Below, one piece after another: positions 50,908 through 60,810 of a stretch of DNA of 64,000 nucleotides. The stretch's first letter is position 1, and every line of letters starts with the position of its first letter. Position numbers and translations under genes: made by a program. A model generated the notes under the pieces. The model did no database searches and had not been told where the DNA came from. It saw nothing but the letters and a program-made list of their open reading frames with translations. Source of the stretch: an uncultured Planctomycetota bacterium (GTDB lineage: Bacteria; Planctomycetota; Planctomycetia; Pirellulales; Lacipirellulaceae); the NCBI GenBank assembly GCA_963719315.1, contig CAVRBU010000005.1, positions 32,001 through 96,000 of the forward strand, written 5' to 3'.

Positions 50908-51177
50908 CCCGCTGCCGGGGCGCGATTTGCTGAAGTTCGATCAGCAACCAATGGTTAAAACGCTCATTGTCGATTCGACGGGCGTGACGATTGGTATCTA
51001 CGGCGGCCACGACGAACTGAGCACCGCCTACGGCTTTCCCACCCCGAATGGCGTCATCACCGATTGCAGCGGCCCAATTATGGCCGACGACTTCCTCACG
51101 AGCCCCGTCGTCCACGTCAAGTGGTGGGGTTCTTACCTCTACAACAACAATGCCGCGGTCCCGCCGCAACCGCCGGT
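50908..51177 (+). pseudogene. Partial diverged copy of PEP-CTERM gene segment 47335..47613
   Basis: Nucleotide alignment by eye; 9-bp deletion; no signal peptide or C-terminus. Confidence 0.9.
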
Positions 51178-51338
51178 TGCGTTGGTTTTCCGCCAAACAG
51201 CCACCGTTTAGCCGCGACATGAAGAGGATCGCTCCGCCCTTTTTCCATGCAATTCCTTTGTTGCCATTCGCCCGCCGCTTTCCCTACAATACAACGCATC
51301 GCCGCCCGCTCACTTGCGGACTCAACGCGACACCCGCC

Positions 51339-51746
51339 ATGCGTCGAACCCTTCACAAACTCCTGACTTACACGCTGCTGGCCACATATGCCGGCATTTC
51401 GTTGCTTGGCCAGGGTTTGCATTGGCTCACGCCCGACGACTGCCACCACCACGGTCTGAGTGTCGTCGCCTGCACCGCACACGACCACGATCATTGCGTT
51501 CACCGCGAGATTGAAGCTCAAAGCTCGGCCCGCCCAATCCTAATCGCCAGTGGCCGAATCCCCGATTCGCACACCTGCGAAATCTGCGAGTTCCTGATCC
51601 AAGCGGTCAGCCAACCGCCGCAAGTCGACGCGACGCCTGACCTGCACGTTCTCATCGCCGACCTGCCTTGCGACGCGCAGGGCCTCTATTCGCCAACCAT
51701 TCTCGGCCTCCACGCCGCCCGCGGTCCGCCGCCGTTTCTCGCCTAA
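51339..51746 (+). CDS. DUF2946-like His/Cys-rich protein ending in RGPP
   Basis: N-terminal hydrophobic segment; CHHH, CTAHDHDHCVH, HTCEICEF; C-terminal HAARGPPPFLA. Confidence 0.72.
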   Translation: MRRTLHKLLTYTLLATYAGISLLGQGLHWLTPDDCHHHGLSVVACTAHDHDHCVHREIEAQSSARPILIASGRIPDSHTCEICEFLIQAVSQPPQVDATPDLHVLIADLPCDAQGLYSPTILGLHAARGPPPFLA

Positions 51747-52002
51747 GACTCACTCTTCCACTGGAGGAGAGCTGGGTTGCTCGAAACTCGCCGATGCGAG
51801 TTGAGGGTGCTTTCATCACGATGCGCCTTACCTCACTTCGACGAAGTCTTGCGTCGATGTAGCCTCGCGTTCCGTTTAGTAGCAGGCATGTTTCGCATGC
51901 CGTCACCATGCGCGCCCACACATCCCCGCGGGCTGAATTCGCACTGCCAATTCGCATTGCGCTGCCCCTGTGCTCGCGTCACACCATATATAAGGACCCG
52001 TC

Positions 52003-52914
52003 ATGCGCCGTAATTCTGTCTTCACCGTACATGGCTTTACGCTTGTAGAACTCTTGGTCGTCATCGCCATCATCGGCGTGCTGGTCGCCCTTTTGCTGCC
52101 GGCAGTTCAAGCGGCCCGCGAAGCCGCCCGACGCACACAGTGCAAAAACAACCTGAAGCAGATCGGTCTCGCGCTGCACAACTACGAAGCGGCCCGCAAG
52201 ACGTTTCCGCCGGGTTACATTTCCACCGCCACGACCATCAACGGCCCTGGTACCGGCCCTGGCTGGGGTTGGGGTGCGCACATCCTGCCCTATCTGGAAG
52301 AATCATCGCTGCCGGTCGACATGAAGCGCCCCATCACCGACCCCATCCACGATCAAGTGCGCGTGGTGTCGTTGGCCGCCTTCCGCTGCCCTTCCGATTC
52401 GGTCGAACTGCCGGTGTTCCCCGTTCAAAACGCGTCCGGCAGCACGCTCACCCAAGTCGCGTTCGGCAATTACGTCGGCGTCGCCGGCACGTTCGAAGTC
52501 AGCGTTTTTCCCGACGAAGGCACCGGCATCTTGTTCCGCAACCGCGCTATCGCCGTTAAGCAAATCACCGATGGATTGAGTCACACGATCATGGTCAGCG
52601 AACGCGCCAGCCGCCAATCGCCGCAAACCACCTGGGTTGGCGCGATCACCGACGCGAGCGTGCCGCCCAAACATCCCGGCTATGACACCGAAGGCCCACC
52701 TGTACTGGTACTCACCAACACCGGCACCGCCGCCGACGGCCGCGTCCCCAACAACACGCTTGACCACGTCGAAGACTCGAACAGCGACCACCCGCAAGGC
52801 GTCCACCTGATGTTCGCCGACGGCTCGGTCCAAGCCATCAACAACGACATCGACCCGCAAGTCTGGGTCGCCCTCGGCACGCGCGCCGGCGGCGAATCCA
52901 ACGGCGCGTATTGA
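52003..52914 (+). CDS. DUF1559 prepilin-type protein
   Basis: [56 protein letters not shown]. Confidence 0.95.
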   Translation: MRRNSVFTVHGFTLVELLVVIAIIGVLVALLLPAVQAAREAARRTQCKNNLKQIGLALHNYEAARKTFPPGYISTATTINGPGTGPGWGWGAHILPYLEESSLPVDMKRPITDPIHDQVRVVSLAAFRCPSDSVELPVFPVQNASGSTLTQVAFGNYVGVAGTFEVSVFPDEGTGILFRNRAIAVKQITDGLSHTIMVSERASRQSPQTTWVGAITDASVPPKHPGYDTEGPPVLVLTNTGTAADGRVPNNTLDHVEDSNSDHPQGVHLMFADGSVQAINNDIDPQVWVALGTRAGGESNGAY

Positions 52915-53013
52915 AATGATATGGTATCAGCCTTGGTGCCATGCCTTCGGCCGGATGCTGTCCCTGCCTCCGAAGTCTTTTTTAGATGCTCGCAATTTGC
53001 GGAAGTTGTAGTT

Positions 53014-53046
53014 GTAGGCGGGGTCGAGCTACGCGAGACCCACCAT
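53014..53046. repeat. GTAG REP-like hairpin
   Basis: GTAGGCGGGGTCGAGCTACGCGAGACCCACC; shares GGGGTCGAGC..GCGAG.CCC with the element at 59065-59121. Confidence 0.55.
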
Positions 53047-53169
53047 GATTCTCTCGATCTCTACATTTTGAAGAACTGATTGGCCTCCACCCACCAAGAT
53101 TCAGCTATGTAAACTTGCGTCCACTCAGGTATTATTGGCGCGAACTCCTCACCCACTCGGATCCTTACC

Positions 53170-54177
53170 GTGGCCACTGTCCTCGCAACATTTCTGATCT
53201 GCGCCGCGGTCATCATTGTCGCCGGCAGCTTTCTTACGCGGTTCGCGGACGCAATTGCCGAGCTGACTGGCCTGGGGCGACTTGTGATCGGCAGCGTACT
53301 ACTCGCGGGCGTCACCTCACTTCCCGAATTAACGGTCGACATCTCGGCTGTGCGAATGGGATTGGCCGACTTGGCCGTCGGCGATTTGCTCGGCAGCAGT
53401 CTTATGAACCTGCTGATCCTCGCGATTCTTGACCTGTCCCATCGGTCTCGCGGCACCATGCTTTCTCGGCAATCCGCAGCCCATGCCTTATCGGGGCTGG
53501 TGTGTGCTTCCCTGGCAACCGTGGTCGCGTTGGGCCTCCTCACCGGACAGGCGCTGGCACCATACACCCTCTTCGGATTGGGTCCAGGAATCGTTTTGGT
53601 GGCGATCGGCTATACATTCGGCGCCCGCGTGATTTATCTGGACCAGCGGATTTCGATCCGCACCGCGGCCGAACAGAACGAGGCAGAACCTTCGCCGCCC
53701 GCCGCCGCCGGACTCGGCCGCACCTTGCTCGGCTTTGGCGTGTGTGCACTCGTGATTGTTCTAGCAGGCCCGCGGCTTGCTTCGGCCGCCGGCGATTTGG
53801 CCACGCGCACCGGCCTCGGCAATACATTCATGGGCACCACGCTGGTAGCGTTCTCCACATCACTGCCAGAACTCGTCTCGATGATCGCTGCCTTGCGAAT
53901 GGGCGCCGCCGATCTCGCGATCGGAAACGTCTTTGGAAGCAACGCCTTCAACATGCTTCTACTCGTGCCGCTCGACGTCGTTCATCGCGGCTCGCTGTTG
54001 GCCGATGTTTCCGCGAAGCATTCAATTACCTGCCTGGCTGCGATCCTTGCCACTCAAGTTGCGGTCATGGGCCAGCTCTACCAGGTCGAACGCCGCTCGC
54101 GGCTGATCGAGCCGGACGCCTGGCTCGTAATCCTGATCGTCGCAAGCGCCCTCGGATTGATCTATTACTTACCCTGA
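53170..54177 (+). CDS. Sodium:calcium antiporter (CaCA family)
   Basis: Two alpha repeats: TSLPEL...GDLLGSS and STSLPEL...GNVFGSN. Confidence 0.92.
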   Translation: MATVLATFLICAAVIIVAGSFLTRFADAIAELTGLGRLVIGSVLLAGVTSLPELTVDISAVRMGLADLAVGDLLGSSLMNLLILAILDLSHRSRGTMLSRQSAAHALSGLVCASLATVVALGLLTGQALAPYTLFGLGPGIVLVAIGYTFGARVIYLDQRISIRTAAEQNEAEPSPPAAAGLGRTLLGFGVCALVIVLAGPRLASAAGDLATRTGLGNTFMGTTLVAFSTSLPELVSMIAALRMGAADLAIGNVFGSNAFNMLLLVPLDVVHRGSLLADVSAKHSITCLAAILATQVAVMGQLYQVERRSRLIEPDAWLVILIVASALGLIYYLP

Positions 54178-54282
54178 TATTCGGGCAATTGCCGATTGGA
54201 AGTTGTGGAGCAATGAATTTTGCACGTTGCGAGTCACGGCGCGGCCCTCCGCGAAATCCGCGCCTCCGCGCGAAATTCTTAA

Positions 54283-55335
54283 TTAGCGTGGGCGGATGCG
54301 GGCGAGGTGTTCCAGGCCGTGGAGCATGATCTTGCGGCGGAGGCGGTGGCGCTCGATATCGAGCAGGCGGGCGGCATCGGATTGGTTGCCGCCGGTGACT
54401 TTCAGAACGCGAGCAATGAGCAGGCGCTCCGCGTCGGCCAGGCTTGGGATCGAGTTGGTTTCGAAACTTCGACGGGTCCATTCATCATTGGCGTCGGCGA
54501 CTGCGGGCGTTTCGCGAATTTCCGTCGGCAAGTGCGCAACGTCGATCGTGCGGTCTCCGCAGAATAAGAAGGCGCGTTCGATCGCGTTTCGCAGCTCGCG
54601 GACGTTTCCGGGCCACTCATAGCGCACGAGCGCGATCTCGGCCGAAGAGGACAAAGTCTTGGGAGCTTCCGCATAAGTCGTGGCGACGTCGTGCAGAAAG
54701 AGCTGCGCAAGCGGCAGGATTTCGTCGCGGCGTTGGCGGAGCGGGCGGATGCTGAGCCTCACCACGTTCAGACGGAAATAGAGGTCTTGGCGGAACGTGC
54801 CCTCGCGAACCATGGCGGACAAATCGCGATGAGTGGCGGCCACGATCCGCAAATCGACCGGTATGGGTTCCACGCCGCCGACCGGCACAACCATGCGCTC
54901 CTGAATGCAGCGCAACAGCTTGGCTTGAACAAAGAGAGGCAACTCCCCGATTTCATCCAAAAATAGCGTGCCGCCATCGGCGCAACGCACGAATCCCAGA
55001 GCCGCAGCCACGGCGCCGGTGAACGCGCCCTTCACATGGCCGAAGAGTTGCGATTCCATCAACTCCGTCGAGAACACGGTGCAATCGACGGGAACGAAAG
55101 GTCGGCTAGCTCGACTGCTGAGGGCGTGAATCTGGCGGGCGGCAACCTCTTTACCGACGCCCGTCTCGCCTTCGATCAGCACAGTGGCAGATCGCGGGGC
55201 GACAAGCTCGATTTGAGCGCGCAGCTCAGCAGCGGGGTGCGTTTCAGATGGCGAACTGGCTGCAGCGCCATCGGCGTACCACGAGAAAGGACGAGACACA
55301 CAGTTCTGGCCGTGCACCGCCGAATTTGCCGTCAT
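54283..55335 (-). CDS. Sigma-54 enhancer-binding protein lacking an N-terminal sensory domain
   Basis: [38 protein letters not shown], Fis-type HTH; only about 35 aa precede the AAA+ domain. Confidence 0.93.
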   Translation of the reverse strand: MTANSAVHGQNCVSRPFSWYADGAAASSPSETHPAAELRAQIELVAPRSATVLIEGETGVGKEVAARQIHALSSRASRPFVPVDCTVFSTELMESQLFGHVKGAFTGAVAAALGFVRCADGGTLFLDEIGELPLFVQAKLLRCIQERMVVPVGGVEPIPVDLRIVAATHRDLSAMVREGTFRQDLYFRLNVVRLSIRPLRQRRDEILPLAQLFLHDVATTYAEAPKTLSSSAEIALVRYEWPGNVRELRNAIERAFLFCGDRTIDVAHLPTEIRETPAVADANDEWTRRSFETNSIPSLADAERLLIARVLKVTGGNQSDAARLLDIERHRLRRKIMLHGLEHLARIRPR

Positions 55336-55373
55336 TAGCACCCCGTTCTGCGCGCTACCGCTAGGAAAGTGTC

Positions 55374-55387
55374 TGCACAAATGTGCA
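55374..55387. promoter_or_regulatory. Palindrome upstream of the sigma-54 activator (possible autoregulatory site)
   Basis: TGCACA-AA-TGTGCA. Confidence 0.35.
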
Positions 55388-55667
55388 CAACGCTCGGAGT
55401 GTTCCCCATTTGAATTGTGAAGAGATTATGGAATCAGCAACTTGCAATGTCAACTGAATCCTTGCAGAAATCATGGATTTGTATTGCGTCAATTGGTGGT
55501 CGATTTTTGGAAACTGATGCTAACTCCTAATAACGTCAGGGTCTACGTTTCCGTCGGCGACTACTGCCGGAGCAGACAAACACTTACAATACGGCCTTAT
55601 GTAAACAGCTTTTCCCCGGCCTGGGGTAAATGCGGATTCCATGAACTCTTAACAAATTGTCCTCGCC

Positions 55668-56594
55668 ATGAGTTCGCAATCTTTTCGTCAGATGGCCAAC
55701 GTGAACGGCCGGATTACGCCGCTTGAGGAAGCGCGAATTTCAATTCTGGACCGCGGGTTCCTGTACGGCGATTCGGTATACGAGGTGTTCCGGACCTATG
55801 CCGGAGTGCCCCTGTTCTGCCACGAACACTTTGACCGGATGGACAATTCGGCGCGGCTGATTGCGATGACCATCGCGCAGTCGCGTGAAGAGATGCTGGA
55901 GCAAATGCGGCAGATGGCAGCCGCCGCGAACGTGCCGCCGGGTGAAGATGTCTACGTTCGCTGGCACGTGACGCGCGGGTCGGGCGCACTCGACCTGGCG
56001 CCTGGCGCCGATCTGCACAGCAGCTTCGTCATCATTCTTAAAGAAGTGCCGAAGTGGAATCCGGAGTTCTATTCGCCCGGTGTGCGGCTAGCCGTGACGC
56101 GCGTGCGGAGGAATCCGGTCGATGCGCTGAGCCCCGACATCAAAAGCGGCAACTACCTCAATAATATCCTGGGTGTCGCGGAGGCCGTCGATATCGGAGC
56201 CGACGACGGCCTGATGCTCAACTCGGCCGGCAATGTGACGGAAGCCTCGAACAGCAATGTGTGTTTCGTCATCGATGGGCAGCTCGTGACGCCGAGCTTC
56301 GAATCGGGTGTGTTGCGGGGCATCACCAAAGCGGCAATCGGCCGGTTGAGCGCAGCACATGGATTCGAGTTGCACGATCGGCAGCTTCCGGCCAGCGCGC
56401 TCGACAAAGCGACCGAATGTTTCGTCACGAGCGCGACGCGCGAGGTGATGCCAGTCGCAGGCGTGCTGCTGGAGAGCGGCGAATGGCGCGAGTTTCCGCC
56501 CGGGGGCGGCAAAATGACGCGGCTCGTCGCGAAGGCGTACAAAGAATTTGTGAATCAGTATGTGCGAGAGAACGCGACATTGCGATTGCTCTGA
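55668..56594 (+). CDS. Class IV PLP aminotransferase
   Basis: LDRGFLYGDSVYE, IKSGNYL, VTEASNSN, LRGIT, FVTSATREV. Confidence 0.92.
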   Translation: MSSQSFRQMANVNGRITPLEEARISILDRGFLYGDSVYEVFRTYAGVPLFCHEHFDRMDNSARLIAMTIAQSREEMLEQMRQMAAAANVPPGEDVYVRWHVTRGSGALDLAPGADLHSSFVIILKEVPKWNPEFYSPGVRLAVTRVRRNPVDALSPDIKSGNYLNNILGVAEAVDIGADDGLMLNSAGNVTEASNSNVCFVIDGQLVTPSFESGVLRGITKAAIGRLSAAHGFELHDRQLPASALDKATECFVTSATREVMPVAGVLLESGEWREFPPGGGKMTRLVAKAYKEFVNQYVRENATLRLL

Positions 56595-56721
56595 TGCTTA
56601 AGCGGCGACAGTGCTGTGGGAGGCCTCTCTGAGGCCGATGGCATGTCGTATTATCGAGGGCGTCATCGGCGTCGGAGACGCCTCTCGCAACGCGGCAAGC
56701 CGGAAGTTGGGAGCGCGATCG

Positions 56722-57177
56722 ATGAATAAGGCGTTTGTGCGCGAGCCAGATGATGATGGGCGTGCCTTTTGCCCGCGATGCAGCACGTTGGGCGTGCCGG
56801 TGGGAAGCGGCCCGCTGGATACGCACATTCGGCCCGAGTCGCGGGCAAAGATGCTCGATTCCGCCTGGTTTTGCGGCTTTCACCGCTGCGAAGTCGCCTA
56901 TTTCAACTTGTTCGGCGGCATCGTGTTGATGGATGAACTGGCGGCGGCCGTCTACCCCTATGATGTCGGCGCGCCGATCTGCGCCTGCTTCGGCCTGAAG
57001 TACGACGATATAGAAGCGGATGTGCACGAGGGAAATCCGACGCGCATACGGGCGGTGCTGGCCCGGTCGAAATCTGAGGTAGCACCGTGCCACACAGTTG
57101 CGGCCGACGGGCGATCGTGCATGGGGGCCGTGCAGGAATTGTACATGCGGCTACGGTCGCAGGCTGGCGGCGCGTAA
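56722..57177 (+). CDS. Cys-rich CopZ N-terminal-like / BFD-like (Zn, 2Fe-2S) protein
   Basis: CPRC, FCGFHRCEVAYF, ICACFG, C...GRSC. Confidence 0.65.
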   Translation: MNKAFVREPDDDGRAFCPRCSTLGVPVGSGPLDTHIRPESRAKMLDSAWFCGFHRCEVAYFNLFGGIVLMDELAAAVYPYDVGAPICACFGLKYDDIEADVHEGNPTRIRAVLARSKSEVAPCHTVAADGRSCMGAVQELYMRLRSQAGGA

Positions 57178-57290
57178 GGGTACTTTCGCTAGCTAGTTAA
57201 AGCACGTTGGCAGGCGGTTTGGAGCGCTTGAATCCAATTCGCTGGTGGTGATCGCAGCTACCTGGGGGGCAGCCACCAAAGGCGTAGCTG

Positions 57291-57959
57291 CTATCGCACG
57301 ACGGCAACGAATAGCAAGATGCACACGAAATGGCAAGTGCTGCCGGCGATCACGAGCACGTGCCAGACTGCGTGGAAGTGCCTTACGCGACGGTCGTTGA
57401 CCCAGAACACCAGGCCCACTGTGTAGCAGCCGATGCCGAGCAGCATCCACCACAGAGCCGTGAATGAAACCACGCCGATAAGAGCGGGCACGGAAAGGAA
57501 CGGTATGCCGCCCAGGACGATGCAGGGCCACATCGAAACGGCTTCGACGCGGTGCGCGAACAGCACCTTCGAGAAGAAGCCCCACAAGGCGATGACCCAG
57601 ACCACGGCGAGCAGCAAGCACCAGGGCAACGTATGCAAGTACGCCAGTGAAAACGGCGTGTAAGTGGCGGCAATCAAAAAATAGATCGTGCCTTGGTCCA
57701 AGGCTCGGAAGATCGAACGAACGCGCGGTGCTTCGAACGTGTGCGACAACGTGGACATCAGGTACACGCCGATCAAGCAAGCCAGATAAATGCTGCAGCC
57801 GGCCACGCGCCAGGCGTCTCCATAGGCGAGGACGGCGGCCATCACGACCACACCGGCCATACTCAACACGAGACCGATGCCGTGCGTGATAAAGTTCGTG
57901 AATTCTTCGGCGGGCGAAAGCTGGGAAGGCAACACGGCGATTGTCGTTGAATTGCTCAT
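57291..57959 (-). CDS. Hemolysin III / PAQR family membrane protein (TrhA-like)
   Basis: EEFTNFITHG, STLSH, LDQGTIYFLIAATYTPF, HAVWHVLV. Confidence 0.92.
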   Translation of the reverse strand: MSNSTTIAVLPSQLSPAEEFTNFITHGIGLVLSMAGVVVMAAVLAYGDAWRVAGCSIYLACLIGVYLMSTLSHTFEAPRVRSIFRALDQGTIYFLIAATYTPFSLAYLHTLPWCLLLAVVWVIALWGFFSKVLFAHRVEAVSMWPCIVLGGIPFLSVPALIGVVSFTALWWMLLGIGCYTVGLVFWVNDRRVRHFHAVWHVLVIAGSTCHFVCILLFVAVVR

Positions 57960-58349
57960 CGTAAGTCCCCTGCAAGCGGCGGGTTGGTGTTCGGATGGGC
58001 ACGTCCGTGAGCCGGCGACACCGTCTCTTACGCGCGACTAGGCGGGGTGTTACACAGGGGGGCGGAAAATCTTCGCCAACCGGAGGGAACGGCCATTTTA
58101 GCCGGGCAGACCTCCGTGCCAAGGTCCTAAATCCGGGCATCCAAGGTTTTGTCTGAAAAGCCCTTGTATGTCCCTTTTGCCGGAAGGGATCTGTGTGAAC
58201 CATCGAACTTGCTGGGACGCCAAGGTGCTTCTCGGCAAGAAGGGCCTACTTTTGAGGCAAAGCCTAGAACAACAACCGGGGGCACTGGTAAGATGGGGTG
58301 AAATTGGGTGACTTGCGAGTTTCACCACCTAACCGGCGGACTTATTACC

Positions 58350-59033
58350 ATGCGAATTTTTTGCTGCACTTGCTTGGCTGTGTTGCTAATGACGGCCGTC
58401 ACCGTGTCGTGGGCCGCTGAGTCAGCGACGAAAGAGAAAACAGCGTCTCCCAAACCAGATGCCGATGGCTGGTACACGCTGTTCGATGGGAAGGATCTCA
58501 ACGGCTGGAAGAAGTCAACCGACAACCCTACTACGATCAACGTGGTTAACGGCGAGATTGTGATCCGAGGGAAGGTCTGCCATTTGTTTTACGACGGGCC
58601 AGTGAACGACGCGAATTTCAAGAACTTCGAGTGGAAGGCCGACGTTCTGACCAAGCCTCATTCGAATTCGGGCATGTACTTCCACACGAAGTATCAGGAG
58701 AACGGCTTTCCGAAGACGGGCATCGAGGTGCAAGTGAACAACTCGCACACCGATCCAATTCGGACGGGTAGCCTTTACAAGCTGCACGACATCATGAACG
58801 ACTCGCCGGCGAAAGACAATGAGTGGTTCACGCAGACAGTGATCGTTGACGGACCGAAAATCACGGTAAAGATCAACGGCAAGGTCGTGAACGAATACAC
58901 CTGGAAGGAGGGCGAGAAGCGCACGGGCGGGTTTGAAAACAACGTGCTGGGGTCGGGCACGTTCGCGCTGCAGGGGCACGATCCAGGGAGCGAAGTGCAC
59001 TTCCGAAATATCAAGGTTAAGCCGCTGCCGTAG
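58350..59033 (+). CDS. DUF1080 (3-keto-disaccharide hydrolase-like) protein
   Basis: Signal peptide; LFDGKDLNGW, NSGMYF, EVQV, GTFALQGHD, FRNIKVK. Confidence 0.92.
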   Translation: MRIFCCTCLAVLLMTAVTVSWAAESATKEKTASPKPDADGWYTLFDGKDLNGWKKSTDNPTTINVVNGEIVIRGKVCHLFYDGPVNDANFKNFEWKADVLTKPHSNSGMYFHTKYQENGFPKTGIEVQVNNSHTDPIRTGSLYKLHDIMNDSPAKDNEWFTQTVIVDGPKITVKINGKVVNEYTWKEGEKRTGGFENNVLGSGTFALQGHDPGSEVHFRNIKVKPLP

Positions 59034-59064
59034 GAATTCCCGACCGCGACCACGGAAGACAGAC

Positions 59065-59121
<57 letters not shown>

Positions 59122-59127
59122 ATTGAA

Positions 59128-60573
59128 TTACTTATGCGCACCGAACGCATACAGGTGCTTGGCGGTCCTCACGTAGAGGGTATCGTCGGCGATGGCCGGC
59201 GTGGCGGCGGTACGTTCGTCGAGTGCCGAATTCGCGGCGACGACCTTCAATTTCGGCGCGCCCGCCTCAAGCACGGTGATAGACCCGTCGTCAAGCGACG
59301 TGAAGTAAACATTACCATTCGCGGCCACGGGTGACGCATAATAACCGCCCGTCGCAGCCAGCCGTTCTTGGTCGACCTGTTTGCCGGACTTCGCATCGTA
59401 GGCCGTGACGGTGCCGCCGTCCTTCACCATCAGGTACTGGCCGCGATAGAGAATCGCGGACGATACATAGGGCAGTCCCTTTGTTTGCTTCCACATCACG
59501 GCGGACTCGGTGACGTTGCCGCTGCCGCCGGGCTTCAGGGCGAATGCGCTGCTTTTCGAATTAGCGGCGAACTTCATGACCGCGTCCCATTCGTTGCGGC
59601 TGATCTTGCCGTCCTTGTTGGCGTCCTGATTGTCGAACAAGTCCCCGAAGCCGGTCTTCTGCGCCTCTTCCCTGGAAAGGGCGCCGTCCTTATCGGCGTC
59701 GTCTTTCAAGATGTCGTCCCAAGAAGGCAACTTGAAGTCTTTGTCGTCCGGGCCGCCAGGCGACCAGCCGGCGAAAAACAAGTTACCGTTGCCCGCGACC
59801 GGCGATGTGCAGCAGGCAGCCGGCATCCCTTCAACGAACCAATCCGGGGCGCCGTTCTTGATGTTGTAACCGATCAGCTTGCCGTAACCGGGCGCGGCGA
59901 TGTACGTGCCCTGCTCCGTCTTCCACACGGTCGGCGTGCCGAACGACGACTTCGATTCGCGCTGCCTGTCCCACTTGACGTTGCCGGTCGCGATCTCGAG
60001 CGCGATGATCTGGGGATCCTCGGCCACGTCGCGCAACAGGACGACCGCATCCTCCGCGATAATCGGCGAGACGCCCGTTCCGAAGCCCGCGAACGCGACG
60101 GCACTCGGCATCTCGTGCCGCCACAACTCCTTGCCGGCCAGGTCGTAGCAAAAGAGGCCGCAAGAGCCGAAGTACGTGACGATCCGCTGGCCGTCGGTCG
60201 CACAGGATGAGGCGGCCGGGCTACCGTGGACCTTATTAAACGGTTCAAGCTTCTTGTAGGGTGCTTCGGCCCGCCACGCTTCGCCGCCGTCGGCGCGGTT
60301 GTAAGCGATCGTGTAGAGCTTGTCGTTCTCGAAGGCCGTGAGGACGAGCATGTCGCCGACCACGATGGGAGACGACAGGCCGCTCGGCACCTCGATTTTC
60401 CATTTCACGTTCTTGTTGGGACCGACTTCGACCGGCGGCTTTTCGCCTTCGGCGACACCCGAACCATTGGGGCCGCGAAATTGGGGCCAAGCGGACTGGT
60501 CCGCGGCGGACGAACTAACAAAAGTTGTAATTGCGACGGCGAGAGCTATTGAAAAACGTATCGTGATAATCAT
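59128..60573 (-). CDS. PQQ-like beta-propeller (BamB-like) protein with EF-hand insert
   Basis: WPQFRGPNGSG, SSPIV, ATPAIADDTLYVRT; DADKDGALSREE and DANKDGKISRNE. Confidence 0.9.
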   Translation of the reverse strand: MIITIRFSIALAVAITTFVSSSAADQSAWPQFRGPNGSGVAEGEKPPVEVGPNKNVKWKIEVPSGLSSPIVVGDMLVLTAFENDKLYTIAYNRADGGEAWRAEAPYKKLEPFNKVHGSPAASSCATDGQRIVTYFGSCGLFCYDLAGKELWRHEMPSAVAFAGFGTGVSPIIAEDAVVLLRDVAEDPQIIALEIATGNVKWDRQRESKSSFGTPTVWKTEQGTYIAAPGYGKLIGYNIKNGAPDWFVEGMPAACCTSPVAGNGNLFFAGWSPGGPDDKDFKLPSWDDILKDDADKDGALSREEAQKTGFGDLFDNQDANKDGKISRNEWDAVMKFAANSKSSAFALKPGGSGNVTESAVMWKQTKGLPYVSSAILYRGQYLMVKDGGTVTAYDAKSGKQVDQERLAATGGYYASPVAANGNVYFTSLDDGSITVLEAGAPKLKVVAANSALDERTAATPAIADDTLYVRTAKHLYAFGAHK

Positions 60574-60622
60574 CTGGATAATCTCCGGTTCCGTGGCTCC
60601 GTCAATCAACTTTGGAAGGACT

Positions 60623-60790
60623 CACGCAAAGGCGCTGAGGCGCAAAGGACGTCAACTACTGCAACGCTTGTGAAGTGTTGAACCTTAGTTTCTTGACAGG
60701 AGGAAACTGAGGACACAGAGGAGAATGTGTTGAATCTCCGTTACCTCCGTTTCCTCCTGTTCGATTCTTTGCGCCGGGCAACTTTGCGCG
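60623..60790. repeat. Nested palindromic intergenic repeats
   Basis: Outer CGCAAAG..GGCGCAAAG / CTTTGCGCC..CTTTGCG; inner ACAGGAGGAAAC..GAGG / CCTCCGTTTCCTCCTGT. Confidence 0.65.
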
Positions 60791-60810
60791 ATGTTTCTTT
60801 TTCCGTTCAA

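Noticed and set aside
47335..51177. Diversity-generating retroelement (TR/VR pair)
   Set aside because: Differences are not adenine-specific, the repeat covers the N-terminus, and no reverse transcriptase is present.
58106..58122. Minus-strand sigma-54 promoter for the TrhA-like gene (TTGGCACGGAGGTCTGC)
   Set aside because: Spacing is GG-N11-GC, one base too long.
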